Assembly (NCBI GenBank): GCA_965262915.1
Contig: OZ253564.1
Span: 3,648,001 to 3,712,000, forward strand
Source of the DNA: Candidatus Spongiisociaceae bacterium
Lineage (GTDB): Bacteria; Actinomycetota; Acidimicrobiia; Spongiisociales; Spongiisociaceae
Reading direction: 5' to 3'
Length of the DNA: 64,000 bases
In this document: positions 17,146 through 28,593 of the stretch, one piece after another
Layout: every line of letters starts with the position of its first letter
Position numbering within the stretch: the first letter of the stretch is position 1
Made by a program: the position numbers and the translations under genes
Notes under the pieces: model-generated
What the model was told of the DNA's origin: nothing
Database searches by the model: none
What the model saw: the letters and a program-made list of their open reading frames with translations, nothing else

Positions 17146-18669
17146 CTAGGCGGAGTTGGTGGCCCAGCCGGTGGTGGTGTGGGCGAGTCCGAGGTTGATG
17201 AGGCGTCGTAGGTTGATGGCTGCTGTTGGGGTGGTGAGCCATTGCTGGTTGCGGAGGGTTCCTCGGTAGGGAACGCGTCTGGCTTTCCCGCGGGTGAGCC
17301 AGGCGATGGTCCGTTCCACGGACGGCCGCAAGTTCCGGTAGGTGTCCTGCGTTTCGTCTTTGGCCCACCGTGCTTTGTTCGCCGCCCGACGGTCGTGGTG
17401 TTGGTCGACTGTGATGGTCCGTCCACGCTTGGAGGTGGTGCACCGTGCCCGCAGTGGGCAGCCGTTGCACCGCTTCGCGAACGGGGCGGTACCACCGGGA
17501 CGTAGGCGGACGGTGTGCCCGGCGGGACACGTCACCGTCCGTCCTCCGGTGTCGATATCGAAGTCGTCGCGGTGGAACCCGTCCTCGATGTGGGGTTTGC
17601 GCACGATTGGTTTCACCACCGGGGTGTGACCAAGATCGTCGAACGTTTCCAGTGCCGCACCGGACGCGTACGCCGAATCCGCAACGATTTCGGCGCCCGG
17701 GGGTGCTTCGGCAACGAGATCCGCAATGCTGTCGGCGTCTGGGGTGTTGGCAGCGGTTAGGACCGCGGCGGTGACCAGCCCGGTTACGGGTTCGGTAGCC
17801 ACATGGGCCTTGTACCCGTCCCGTTTGTGGGTCCGGGTCTTGTGACCATGCCTGGCTTCGGTATCCACTGTCGATATGGTCCGATCCTTCGCCACACGCC
17901 GAGCTATCCGCCATCGGCCTTCCCGGTGGGGGTCCGGTTCCACATCCTGGCCTGTGACAACTCCCAACAGACCTAGGGCGTCGGCCTGGTCGGGATCCAA
18001 CTTGACGTCCTCGACTGCTTCGATCACCGCTAGACCGTCGCTGACCAAACCGTCCACCAACTCCGAGCGGCTGTCGGGATCAGACCAGTCACAAGACGGT
18101 TTCGTCTTCGATTCGTAGTCATGAGCTACCAGTGGGAGGTCGGCTGCTTCCGGGATCAGACGGCGGCAACGCCTTATCTGGGCTGAGATCATCGTCACCG
18201 TGTCTTGGGTAGCAACCGCGTCGTGGAGGATGGTCGAGTCCAGGGCCCGACGGTCCCTGGTCGCTAACACCCCGGACTCGGTGACTACTTGACGCACCGC
18301 GTCGAAGATACGCTCCGGCTTCTCGCTGGCACGCAACCGGGCACGCCACAACGTCAGCACCGTCGGGTGGAACCCCCCATGGGTCAACGACAGACCAGTC
18401 GCGGCTTTCCAAGCTATATCACGACGCAGCCGCTGTATCGCTTCCCGGTCAGAGAGACACTCCAACGCCTGGAGAACCATCACCGCCCCAATCACCGGAC
18501 CCGGTATCGATGGGCGGCCCCGCGGGCCGAACAGATCGGCGAACATCTCATCGGGAAACAGACGGCGGCGGTTCTCAGCCAAGAACCGGTACACAGACCC
18601 CACCGGAACCAGATGCCACAGATCCGTTGTGTCCAGAAACTCACGATCAAAACGTTCACTACCCTGCAT
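17146..18669 (-). CDS. IS1182-family transposase
   Basis: GRPSIP, LSDREA, ALDST, DGYKAH, VADSAY, CPAG..C..CPLR..C, RPSVER. Confidence 0.9.
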   Translation of the reverse strand: MQGSERFDREFLDTTDLWHLVPVGSVYRFLAENRRRLFPDEMFADLFGPRGRPSIPGPVIGAVMVLQALECLSDREAIQRLRRDIAWKAATGLSLTHGGFHPTVLTLWRARLRASEKPERIFDAVRQVVTESGVLATRDRRALDSTILHDAVATQDTVTMISAQIRRCRRLIPEAADLPLVAHDYESKTKPSCDWSDPDSRSELVDGLVSDGLAVIEAVEDVKLDPDQADALGLLGVVTGQDVEPDPHREGRWRIARRVAKDRTISTVDTEARHGHKTRTHKRDGYKAHVATEPVTGLVTAAVLTAANTPDADSIADLVAEAPPGAEIVADSAYASGAALETFDDLGHTPVVKPIVRKPHIEDGFHRDDFDIDTGGRTVTCPAGHTVRLRPGGTAPFAKRCNGCPLRARCTTSKRGRTITVDQHHDRRAANKARWAKDETQDTYRNLRPSVERTIAWLTRGKARRVPYRGTLRNQQWLTTPTAAINLRRLINLGLAHTTTGWATNSA

Positions 18670-18742
18670 ACCACTACAATAATCCCACAACACCTAAAAC
18701 GCGAACCGATCACACCGACAAGGTGACTTAATCAGCAGGCTC

Positions 18743-19575
18743 CTAGATGATCTGTTCCAAGGTTTTAGTGGTCATATGCGATCAGGGAGCGGGCCGGGCC
18801 GGGCCGTTGGGTGGTTTGGTTGTGCCAGATGACGGCGGTGAGGGCGAGTATGCGCTGTAGTACGCGTACGGCAACACCGGTTCGGGTGCGTCCTCCGTGG
18901 CGTTCGAGCCCGAGTTGGTCTTTGAGGGTGTCGTAGACCGATTCGATGGTTTGACGGAACGCTTTGAGGAGCTGTTTGCCCGCCCGTGGTGTTTCTGTTT
19001 TGGTGGCGGGTCGGATGAGGCTGATCCCAGCCGTCTTGAGGTCTTCCTCAAAGGGGCCGCTCTTGTATCCCTTGTCCGCCATGAGCGTCTGGCCTTGGCG
19101 GGCTATTTGGGCGTGGGCCAACATGGCAGAGCAGATGTCGCGTTCGTCGGCTTTGGCGCCGGCGAGAGCGAACGTGATTGGTAAACCGGACGGTGTGGCG
19201 ACGAGATGGAGACGCAGTCCCCAAAAGTAGCGGGAATGCGACGCGCAGTAGCCGTATTCGGCCCATCCTCCCAGGTCAGAGCGCTGGGCGGTCTGGCGGC
19301 TGCGGCCGCATTCGACCGGGGTGGAATCCACTAGCCACAGATCGTCCCACCAACTCGGGGAGTCTCTGGCCAGCCACCGGATCACATGTTGGAGAAGCCC
19401 GGCGCTGCGGCGCAGCCGCTTGTTGTAACCAGCCCGGGCGGGCAGATAGGGGAACCAGGGTCCCAGATGGGCGTGGGCGTAGCGCAGGAAACGGGCTTCG
19501 GTATCGAATCTGAGCAGCACCTGGATCACCGCTAGGGTGACCAACTCGGCGTCGGACAGCTTGGGTGGAGTTGCC
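18743..19575 (-). pseudogene. IS982-family transposase, 5'-truncated
   Basis: PKLSDAELVTL, LVDSTP, GYCASHSRYFWGLRLH, ADKGY, RQTIES; N-terminus replaced by IS1182 sequence. Confidence 0.88.
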
Positions 19576-20858
19576 CCGCTTCGCGAACGGGGCGGTACCA
19601 CCGGGGCGTATGCGGGTGGTGTGCCCGGCGGGACACGTCACCGTCCGGGCTCCGGTGTCGATATCGAAGTCGTCGCGGTGGAACCCGTCTTCGATGTGGG
19701 GTTTGCGTACGATTGGTTTGGCCACCGGGGTGTGACCAAGATCGTCGAACGTTTCAAGCGCCGCACCGGACGCGTACGCGGAGTCGGCGACGATTTCGGC
19801 ACCCGGGGGTGCTTCGGCAACGAGATCCGCGATGCTGTCGGCGTCTGGGGTGTTGGCAGCGGTTAGGTGAGCGGCGGTGACCAGCCCGGTTTCGGGTTCG
19901 GTAGCGACATGGGCCTTGTACCCGTCCCGTTTGCGGGTCCGGGTCTTGTGACCGTGCCTGGCTTCGGGGTCCACCGTCGATATGGTCCGATCTCGGGCCA
20001 CACGCCGCGCTATCCGCCATCGGCCTTCCCGGTGGGGATCCGGTTCCACATCCTGGCCCGTAACCACTCCCAACAGACCTATTGCGTCGGCCTGTTCGGG
20101 GTTCAACTTTATGTCCTCCACCCCTTCGATCAGCGCCAGCCCGTCGGTGACCAAACCGTTGATCAGTTCCGATCGGCTGTCGGGATCAGACCAGTCACAG
20201 GACGGTTTCGCCTTCGATTCGTAGTCATGGGCCACCAGCACCAGGTCGGCTGCCTGCGGGATCAGACGTCGGCAACGCCTTATCTGCGACGAGATCATCG
20301 TCACCGTGTCCCCGGTAGCAACCGCGTCGTGCAGAATGGTCGAGTCCAACGCACGGCGTCCCCTGTTCGCCAACACCCCACAGGCGGCGACCACCTCCCG
20401 CACCGCGTCGAAGATACGCTCAGGACGGTCACTCGCCCTAAGCCTCGCTCGCCACAACGTCAGCACCGTCGGGTGGAACCCCCCATCGGTCAACGACAGA
20501 CCAGCCGCCGCTTTCCAAGCTATGTCACGACGCAGCCGCTGGACCGCTTCCCGATCCGACAGGCCCTCCAACGCCTGGAGGACCATCACCGCCCCAATCA
20601 CCGAGCCCGGTATCGACGGGCGGCCCCGCGGGCCGAACAAATCCCCAAACATCTCAGCGGGAAACAGACGCCGGCGGTGCTCAGCCAAAAACTGATACAC
20701 CGAACCCTCCGGAACCAACTCCCCACACAGTTCCATAGCGTCCAGAAACTCACGATCACCACGTTCACTACCCTGCATACCACCTACAATAATCCCAACA
20801 AACCCAAAACGCGAACGAGCCAACACCCAACAGACCGACTAAATCAGCAGTCTCCTAG
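19576..20858 (-). pseudogene. IS1182-family element copy 2, 3'-truncated
   Basis: Close paralogue of 17146-18669 that breaks off after APFAKR; left end AATCAGCAGTCTCCTAG. Confidence 0.9.
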
Positions 20859-20930
20859 CAACCCGATACCACAACTGGCTCCTAAACCACCAACCCGCCC
20901 CGTCACCGATTTGACAACCGTAGGAGCATC
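20859..20930 (+). mobile_element. IS110 right-end remnant
   Basis: Encodes YHNWLLNHQPAPSPI* and ends TTGACAACCGTAGGAGCAT, matching the reverse complement of ~15633-15700. Confidence 0.8.
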
Positions 20931-20997
20931 CTTGGAATGGGGTTGAGGCCTCGCTGGAATCGGTGAAGTACTAGTTCGCCGGTCCAGGGAGGCCTCG

Positions 20998-22191
20998 ATG
21001 TCTGAGGTTATGTCCGTTCGTCTGCACCTGTGGGGTGTTCGCGTGAGGGGGGTGGGAGTCGATTCTGTTGACCGCCTCGAGGTCGAAGTGGAATCAACCC
21101 GGGAGTGGTCGAGGTGCCGCCAGTGCGGGTTCAAGTGTCGACGGGTCTGGGACAGGAGACCGAAGAGGGTTCGTGATCTTGGGGTGAGCGGCCGCCGTAC
21201 AACGCTGGTGTGGAGGCGTCGCCGGTTCGAATGTGGGAACTGCGGGGAGCGGCACCTCGAGGACCACGACCAGTTCGCCGGTGGTCTTACCCGCCGGTTC
21301 GCCCGTCGTTTGGTTCAGGATGCGAGGGTGATGTCGATTCGGGCAGTGTCCCGCCATCACGGGGTTGGGTGGCATCGGATCATGGGCCTGGTCCGCGCGG
21401 AGGCGGCTCAGGTGGCGGAGCGTCGCCGGGCCCGGCTCTGTCGGGTGTTGTTGGTGGACGAAACGTCGATACGGCGCCGGCATCGGTATGTGACCGTGGT
21501 GGCGTGCGGTGACAGCGGCAAGATCTTGGCGATGATCCCAGGCCGTACGAAAGGGTCCCTGTCCAGGTTCTTTAGGGATCAAGGGGCCTGGTGGTGCCGG
21601 CAAGTGGAGATAGTTGTCAGCGATGGGTCCCGTTCATACCAAGCTGCCATCGCGCAATACCTTCCCGGTGCCCGCCATGTGCTCGACCGCTTTCACGTCG
21701 CCCGCTGGTTCACCCAAGGCCTCACCCTGGTGCGAAGAGAGCTCCAGCGCCGCGACCCCGATCAGCGGCCACCAACATACGAACCTGACCTGTTCCGAGC
21801 CCGCTTCACCCTGCTGCGGCGGGCCGATCATCTCACAGGCGCCCACCAGAGCCATCTCGACCGGATCTTCGACGCCCATCCCCGTCTCCGAACCGCGTGG
21901 GACGCGCTCCAAGAGCTATACCAGTTCTACGAAGCCGAAGACCTCGACGGGGCCAACCAGGCCCTAGGACGGTTCGCTGACCTCTACGCCACAGGCCAGA
22001 TACCCGAATACCAACAGATCGTCGACACCATCATCGCCTGGGGAGCAGAAATCCTGGCCTACCACACCAGCAGACGAGCCACTAATGGACCCATCGAAGG
22101 GATCAACAACCTCCTCCAGGTCCTACGACGAGTCGCCCACGGGTTCACCAACTATGACAACTACGCAGCCCGGGGAATCCTTGTAACATGA
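20998..22191 (+). CDS. ISL3-family transposase (intact ORF; element ~20930-22240)
   Basis: CxxC zinc finger, VDETS, VVSDGS, DRFHV, NGPIEGINN; right end CCCACGATTTCGCGCAGCC. Confidence 0.93.
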   Translation: MSEVMSVRLHLWGVRVRGVGVDSVDRLEVEVESTREWSRCRQCGFKCRRVWDRRPKRVRDLGVSGRRTTLVWRRRRFECGNCGERHLEDHDQFAGGLTRRFARRLVQDARVMSIRAVSRHHGVGWHRIMGLVRAEAAQVAERRRARLCRVLLVDETSIRRRHRYVTVVACGDSGKILAMIPGRTKGSLSRFFRDQGAWWCRQVEIVVSDGSRSYQAAIAQYLPGARHVLDRFHVARWFTQGLTLVRRELQRRDPDQRPPTYEPDLFRARFTLLRRADHLTGAHQSHLDRIFDAHPRLRTAWDALQELYQFYEAEDLDGANQALGRFADLYATGQIPEYQQIVDTIIAWGAEILAYHTSRRATNGPIEGINNLLQVLRRVAHGFTNYDNYAARGILVT

Positions 22192-22240
22192 GCCCCACAC
22201 CGAGCGCCAGCACAGCCAAAACCCACGATTTCGCGCAGCC

Positions 22241-22375
22241 CCGTAAACAAGCCGGCTTGGGTAGAGCTGTCTCATCGGCGTGCTCTGGAATAGCGGTCCG
22301 TGTCACGCCAAAGTGAGGATCGAGGCTCTTTGAGGAAGGTTCGTCATCGTAGGATGCGGAGCCGGCAGTCTCCAC
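22241..22375 (-). pseudogene. 5' stub of an unknown gene cut by ISL3
   Basis: AAAGGAGG RBS and GTG start; ORF runs into the ISL3 right end. Confidence 0.35.
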
Positions 22376-22458
22376 AGGGTCCTCCTTTCGGATGTGAATT
22401 AACTCAGCACCCGATTATGGAGGACCCTCCCTCACATTCGATGGATTCCCAACTCCCC

Positions 22459-23778
22459 GCTTAGCGCGAAAACGTGGGTTGGGTGGGGTGAAATCCTTGG
22501 TTTGGGGGTGAGGCCTCGCTTCGGTGAAGTAGCAGTTCGCCGGTCCAGGGAGGCCTCGATGTCATGTCTGTTCGCCTGCACTTGTCGGGTGTTGGGGTGT
22601 TGGAGCTGGTCGATTCAGCCAGGTGGGGTCGGCTCGGGAGTGGTCGCGGTGCCCGCACTGTGGGTTCCGCTGCTCCAAGGTGTGGGACCGGCGAGCGAAG
22701 CGGATCCGTGATCTTGGGGTGAGCGGCCGTCGTACCACTCTGGTTTGGCGCCGCCGACGGTTCTGGTGTGGGAACTGTGAGGAGCGTCACCTCGAGGAGC
22801 ATGCCCAGTTCCAGGCCGGGTTGACTCGCCGGTTTGCCCGGCGCCTGGTCAAGGATGCGAGGGTGATGTCGATTCGGGCGGTGGCCCGCCATCATGGGGT
22901 GGGCTGGCATCGGATCATGCGGCTGGTGAGAGCCCACTCCGAGCGGGTAGCGAAGCGTCGCCGCGCCCGACCCGCTCGGGTGCTGTTGGTGGACGAAGAT
23001 GTCGATACGGCGCCGGCACCGGTATGTGACCGTGGTCGCTTGTGGCGATTCCGGCAAGATGCGTGGTGATGATCCCGGGCCGTACGAAAGGGTCCCTGGC
23101 CAGGTTCTTTAGGGATCAAGGAGCCTGGTGGTGCGAGCAGGTGGAGATAGTCGTTTCCGACGGTTCCCGCTCATATCAGGCAGCCATCGCGCAGTACCTA
23201 CCCGATGCTCTTCACGTTCTCGATCGTTTTCATGTCGCCCGGTGGTTCACCGAAGGACTCACCCTGGTGCGGCGGGAACTGCAACGCCGTCCCCCCGATC
23301 AGCGGCCCCCAACGTTCGAGCCGGACCTGTTCCGAGCCCGCTTCACCCTCCTGCGGCGGGCGGATCATCTAACCGAAGCCCACCAAGCACACCTCGACCG
23401 GCTGTTCGACGCTCATCCCCGTCTCCGAACCGCCTGGGACGCGCTTCAAGAGCTCTACCAGATCTACGAAGCCGACGACCTCGATGCGGCCAACGAAGCG
23501 CTGGGACGGTTCGCTGACCTCTATGCCACCGGACAGATCCCCGAATACCGCGACATCGTGGACACGATCATCGCGTGGGGAGAAGAGATCTTGGCCTACC
23601 ACAGCAGCAGACGAGCATCCAACGGGCCCATCGAGGGGATCAACAACCTCCTCCAGGTCCTACGCCGCGTTGCTCACGGGTTTACCAACTACGACAACTA
23701 CGCAGCCCGAGGAGTTCTCGTAACATGAGCCCCGCACCGACCACAGGCAGCGCCCGAAACCCACGAAATCGCGCAGCC
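22459..23778 (+). pseudogene. ISL3 element copy 2, frameshifted
   Basis: Homology to copy 1 split over frames 22623-23069 and 23042-23728. Confidence 0.9.
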
Positions 23779-23844
23779 TCCTTATTTCCGAAGAACTGGT
23801 TATCCTTGACTGACACGGTTTTCTTCCATTTCAAGGAGTAAGAA

Positions 23845-24567
23845 ATGACCAACGACTGGAGAGATCTTTCTTCGCGGCTCACCGATCTGCTCGAACTGGA
23901 GCATGCCCCCATCGCCATAACGTTCTCGGAGGCGGCGACCGCTTCCGATAGTGGAATTTCGCCCTTCGGAGGCCCTTTGTCGGAACCCACGCCCGACGGG
24001 CGATCAGGCGCGGTGCCGGCGCCCTGCGTTTTTTGGATGCAAGCCCACACCCGCACTTTCTCCACCGCTCCCTCCGATCACGGCAACTGCTCGGTAGGTG
24101 AATACACCCACGGCCTGGTGGAAGCAGCCGACATTTTGGAAAGAGAAGACGTGGGCGCCCTCCTGGAGGTTGGTTGGGTCACCATGGAGGCTTTTGCCGG
24201 GGTGGCGGCCCTGGAGCGCCGTCCCCAGTCGATCATCTACGGCCCCCTTGCTGATACCGGCCACGACCCTGATGTCGTCCTCCTGAGACTCAGCGCTCGC
24301 CAAGCAATGGAACTGGGTGATGCCGTTTCATTGCATCTGAGCGGAAAACCGCAGTGTCAGATTCTTCCCATCGCCATCGACCAGGGCAAGGTAGCCCTGT
24401 CCATGGGATGCGCCTTGTCGAGGGCACGGACCGGAATGGGCGACGATGAACTCACCTGCGCCATTCCCCCCGGACAGCTTGCGGAGATAGTGGCGAACCT
24501 GGTAGGTGTGGTGGGCGCCGACAAGCAGGTGGTGGGCTACGCTCACGCCGACGCCGCCCGGTTCTGA
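23845..24567 (+). CDS. DUF169-family protein
   Basis: PIAITF, PAPCVFW, CSVG, IYGPL..PDVVLL, KPQC, SMGCALSR. Confidence 0.75.
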   Translation: MTNDWRDLSSRLTDLLELEHAPIAITFSEAATASDSGISPFGGPLSEPTPDGRSGAVPAPCVFWMQAHTRTFSTAPSDHGNCSVGEYTHGLVEAADILEREDVGALLEVGWVTMEAFAGVAALERRPQSIIYGPLADTGHDPDVVLLRLSARQAMELGDAVSLHLSGKPQCQILPIAIDQGKVALSMGCALSRARTGMGDDELTCAIPPGQLAEIVANLVGVVGADKQVVGYAHADAARF

Positions 24568-25087
24568 ATACCTGACCTTCCCGGTCATCTGACGCGGGGA
24601 AGGAGGAATCACGCTGGGAAATGGCCAAACCGGGCATTTGGCCAGCCTCTGCGCCTAGCTTGACAGCTCCCGAAAGAGGGGGGTGGGAAAACGCGGGGTG
24701 ACTCTCACCCCGCCCAGCCACTCTTCCAGCCCTTGGGCGCGCAAAGCCGCGGCTTGACGCTCTTCTGGGCACACGATTTACAAGCGATGGTGGACTGGAT
24801 TCACGCTACGGGCCGAAGATGAAACAGCCAGACCTGAAAGCTCCTCCTCATCCAGAACCGACCAGAACCCCTCAAACTGGAGTCGAACAGGAGCGGACAA
24901 TAGGCATCAGTTCCAGGAGCGGTTAGAAAATACTGCTGTCGTCGCTGAAGCCAAACGTCACCCATCACACAGCCCACCATGGTGCCGGCACCTACCCCGT
25001 GCCCTCACACCCGCTGGCCAGCAATGCTGTCACTGACGAGGGTCCGCTAGCTGCGGCGCCTTTCGGTCTTAGTGGGAGAGTTCACAA

Positions 25088-25660
25088 CTAGACGTGTAAT
25101 TCATCACACAGCGCTAGCATCAGCATATGGATACGGTCGAATGATGCTGACGTTAGAGTCACGTGAGTTCCATCAAGGTGATAGTAGGGTGCCATCATCT
25201 TTGCTTCCCCTATACGCCACGCTGTCTCTGACTCGGGGAACCGTGACCAACAAAGCTCCGACGACATTTGCCGCTCGAAGGCGCGGACCCCGTCCGTGCA
25301 TGCCTGTCTATGGAGTTTGCTTAGGTCTCCGCCTTCATGTACGACCGCATTCCTGATGCAATACAGAACGCTAAACTCTTCTTGAGGTAGAGAACTACAG
25401 TTCTTCCATGCTTTCGGACCTAGGATACTTTCAGCAATAGCAAACGACATCATGAGAAATGCCGCCGCGTGGAGATGAGTCCACAACCTACGAAGGTCGT
25501 CTCTAGTCGTATCGTCAAGATTGAGAAAAGAAGGTAAACGATCGAGTTCCCGCTCTGTCGCATCTCTAAGAGTCGCGAATAGGTCAGTTATAAGCTGGCT
25601 AGTATCCCAGTCAGATGGCATGTTGATCTTCATTAAGTGCCTCCTTGCCGTCTTTGCCAC
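25088..25660 (-). CDS. Hypothetical protein with HEPN-like RxxxxH motif
   Basis: Helical; AIAES upstream of IRNAVVHEGG; lower GC than the flanks. Confidence 0.6.
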   Translation of the reverse strand: MAKTARRHLMKINMPSDWDTSQLITDLFATLRDATERELDRLPSFLNLDDTTRDDLRRLWTHLHAAAFLMMSFAIAESILGPKAWKNCSSLPQEEFSVLYCIRNAVVHEGGDLSKLHRQACTDGVRAFERQMSSELCWSRFPESETAWRIGEAKMMAPYYHLDGTHVTLTSASFDRIHMLMLALCDELHV

Positions 25661-25766
25661 CCGAGGTTACGACCTCGGATCGGTCGATCGTGTTAGGGCC
25701 TTCGGGATCGCCCAAGGAGTGTCGCGTGAACATGCTCAAGAACCGGCGAGCGCTGGGCACTCGTGG

Positions 25767-26198
25767 TCAGGCATCATCCGAATCTTCAGGTTGGTCGCGG
25801 TAGTGAGTTTCTTGGAGCAACTCGCCGCGAGTAACTGCTGTATCAAGCGCGTTTGCAAGGGCTCCGGGGTCAATCTCAAGCTCGGTTGACAGATCCTCCG
25901 CTGTCATGGGTGTATCCTCTCGCAGGACCGTCTTTGCTCGGCTGATGAGATCAGCCATTGCCTCCTCCTCGGCCTCCTGCTGATCGTGCACCTCAGCGAG
26001 AACCACGATCGCATGGTCCATCAGAAGGAAGATCTCTTGCTGTTGTACAAGAGCGACGTTCTGGTCGAAGACTACGTGATCCGCTGAATCAGGGAGTTCG
26101 CTGACCGCATAGATCATCAGGCCGCCTGTGACATTCGCTAATGCGATGAGCGAGCACTGCGCCGGGTCGACAAGGCCCGCGCTGCCTGGGCTCCGCAC
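25767..26198 (-). CDS. Hypothetical acidic protein, possible C-terminal winged HTH
   Basis: PMTAEDLSTELEIDPGALANALDTAVTRGEL; start uncertain. Confidence 0.45.
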   Translation of the reverse strand: MRSPGSAGLVDPAQCSLIALANVTGGLMIYAVSELPDSADHVVFDQNVALVQQQEIFLLMDHAIVVLAEVHDQQEAEEEAMADLISRAKTVLREDTPMTAEDLSTELEIDPGALANALDTAVTRGELLQETHYRDQPEDSDDA

Positions 26199-26335
26199 CG
26201 GGGAGGTCGGCGGGCGGACGGTGCGGTGGTTCGTGGCGGCTCTCCCCCTCTACGAGCCCGGTGGGTCGAGGCCTTGACACGACCTCAAACCGCCCAGAAC
26301 CGGCTCAGAACGTTAACCGACGTAACGCATAAGGC

Positions 26336-27541
26336 GGTCCCGCGCGGAAACATGGGTTGGGTGGGTTGAAATCCTTGGAATGGGGGTGAGGCCTCGCTGG
26401 AATCGGTGAAGTAGCAAATCGCCGGTCCAGGGAGGCCTCGATGTCTGATCTTATGTCTGTTCGTCTGCACCTGTCGGGTGTTTGTGTACGGAGGGTGCTG
26501 GTGGACGCGGTTGACCGCCTCGAGGTCGAAGTGGAATCGACCCGGGGGTGGTCGCGGTGCCCCCATTGCGGGTTCCGCTGTTACAAGGTGTGGGACAGGA
26601 GAGCGAAGCGGATCCGTGATCCTGGGGGTGAGCGGCCGTCGCACGACCCTGGTGTGGCGACGACGCCGGTTCTGCTGTGGCAACTGCGGGGAGCGGCACC
26701 TCGAGGGCCACACCCAGTTCCAGGGCGGTCTCACTCGTCGGTTCGCTCGTCGCCTGGTGGCAGATGCGACGGTGATGTCGATTCGGGCAGCTTCCCGCCA
26801 CCATGGGGTGGGGTGGCATCGGATCATGCGCCTGGTAAGCGCCGAGGCAGCTGGGGTGGCGGAACGTCGCCGGGCCCGGCCGTGCCGGGTGCTGTTGGTC
26901 GACGAAACATCGATCCGTCGCCGGCACCGGTATGTGACCGTGGTCGCCTGTGGTGACAGCGGCAAGGTCCTGGCGATGATCCCAGGCCGCACGAAAGGGT
27001 CTCTGGCCAGGTTCTTCCGCGATCAGGGAGCCTGGTGGTGCCGCCAGGTGGAGATCGTCGTTTCCGACGGGTCCCGCTCATATCAGGCTGCCATCGCCCA
27101 GTATCTGCCCGATGCTCGCCACGTGCTGGATAGGTTTCATGTGGCTCGCTGGTTCACCCAAGGTCTCACCCTCGTGCGCCGAGAGATACAACGCCGTCCC
27201 CCTGATCAGCGTCCCCCGACATATGAGCCGGACCTGTTCCGAGCCCGTTTCACTCTGCTACGCCGAGCCGACCATCTCACAGACGCCCACCAGGCGCATC
27301 TGGATCGGCTGTTCGATGCTCATCCCCGGCTGCGAACCGCTTGGGGCGCTCTCCAAGAGCTCTACCAGCTCTATGAAGCCGACGACCTAGAGCAGGCCAA
27401 CGAGGCGCTGGGACGGTTCGCTGATCTCTACGCCACCGGTCAGATACCCGAATACCGCGAGATCGTGGACACCATCATCGCCTGGGGAGCACAGATCTTG
27501 GCCTACCACAGCAGCGCCCTACCCCACGAAATCGCGCAGCC
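26336..27541 (+). pseudogene. ISL3 element copy 3, frameshifted with 3' internal deletion
   Basis: Frameshift near 26625; YHSS jumps straight to the right end, losing the EGINN region. Confidence 0.9.
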
Positions 27542-28536
27542 TCGAGAAGAACCCCGGCTGGGGCATCGACCTCGGCTCCGAAGTCGAACTAACCCACCTC
27601 CGCCACGAAAAGATCTTCGAAGGTTCCATCTCCCTCCCCGGCGATGAAGGCGAGGTGACGACCATCTACTCCGGTACCGGGCCGATGACCGACCCCGACG
27701 AAGAGCCCCTGTCCGAGATCATCGCCCGCATCAACGAACGCTTCGGCACCGACTGGACCGAAGAAGACCAACTCGTATTCGAAGCCGCCGCCCAAGACCT
27801 CGTCAACGACGACGAGATCCGGAACCAGGCAATCAACAACGACGAGGCCACCTTCCGCGACCACGTCTTCGCCGGCCAGTTCGAGAAAGCCCTAGTGTCC
27901 CGGCACGACCGCAACGAGAAAGTCGTCTTCACCTACCTCGACAGCAAGGAGATGCAGGCCGCAGTGGCAGCGGTCTACGCAGCGAAGGTACAGAAACAGG
28001 CCATCGTCGCCCACCAACAGACCTGCCCGATCGGCGACCTCCTCGGCCCCGACCGCGAATCCCAATACCTCGAATACAAATCCACCCTCCGCTGGGACAT
28101 CAAGCAAGGACAGAAGTCCAAGGTCATCGAGACCTCTGCTATCAAGACCATCGCCGGCTTCGCCAACTCCTGGTACGGAGGCACCCTCCTAATCGGCGTA
28201 GCCGACGACGGCTCCATCCACGGCCTAGAAGACGACTACAACACCTTCTCCAAACGAGGCCAGGTCGGTGACCGCGACCTCTGGGGCCAACACCTCCAGA
28301 ACCTCATCCACCACCGCCTAGGCGACTACGCCCTCTCCCTAGTCGACTGGAAGTTCCACAAGATCGAGGGTCACGACCTAGCCCGCATCAACATCGAGCC
28401 CTCCGCCTACCCTGTCTACGACAAGAAGGGCAAGATCGAAACCTTCTGGCACCGCACCCCCACGAGCACCCTCGCCATCACCGATGAAAAGGAACGAGCA
28501 AGAATCATCGCCACCCGCTGGAGCCAAAGCGACTGA
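27542..28536 (+). pseudogene. C-terminal remnant of a type I restriction HsdR fused to a Schlafen/AlbA_2 domain
   Basis: IDLGSEVELTHLR..EPLSEIIARINERFGTDW (HsdR tail); ESQYLEYKS, IAGFANSWYGGTLLIGVADDG (AlbA_2); 5' end removed by ISL3. Confidence 0.78.
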
Positions 28537-28593
28537 GAGTCCCAGCGGCTGGGCAACGTTTGTAGAGACAATCCGACACTTCCGATGCTCCGG

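Larger units (their letters stand above)
15528..18746 (-). mobile_element. IS1182-family element (copy 1) with a nested IS110
   Basis: IR CTAGGAGCCTGCTGATTA / TAATCAGCAGGCTCCTAG. Confidence 0.85.

Noticed and set aside
22376-22428. 10-bp inverted repeat covering the RBS of a truncated gene
   Set aside because: Too short, and the gene is destroyed; cannot support a regulatory call
24693-24713. Perfect 9-bp hairpin GCGGGGTGA-CTC-TCACCCCGC
   Set aside because: Single copy, no U-tract, no assignable function
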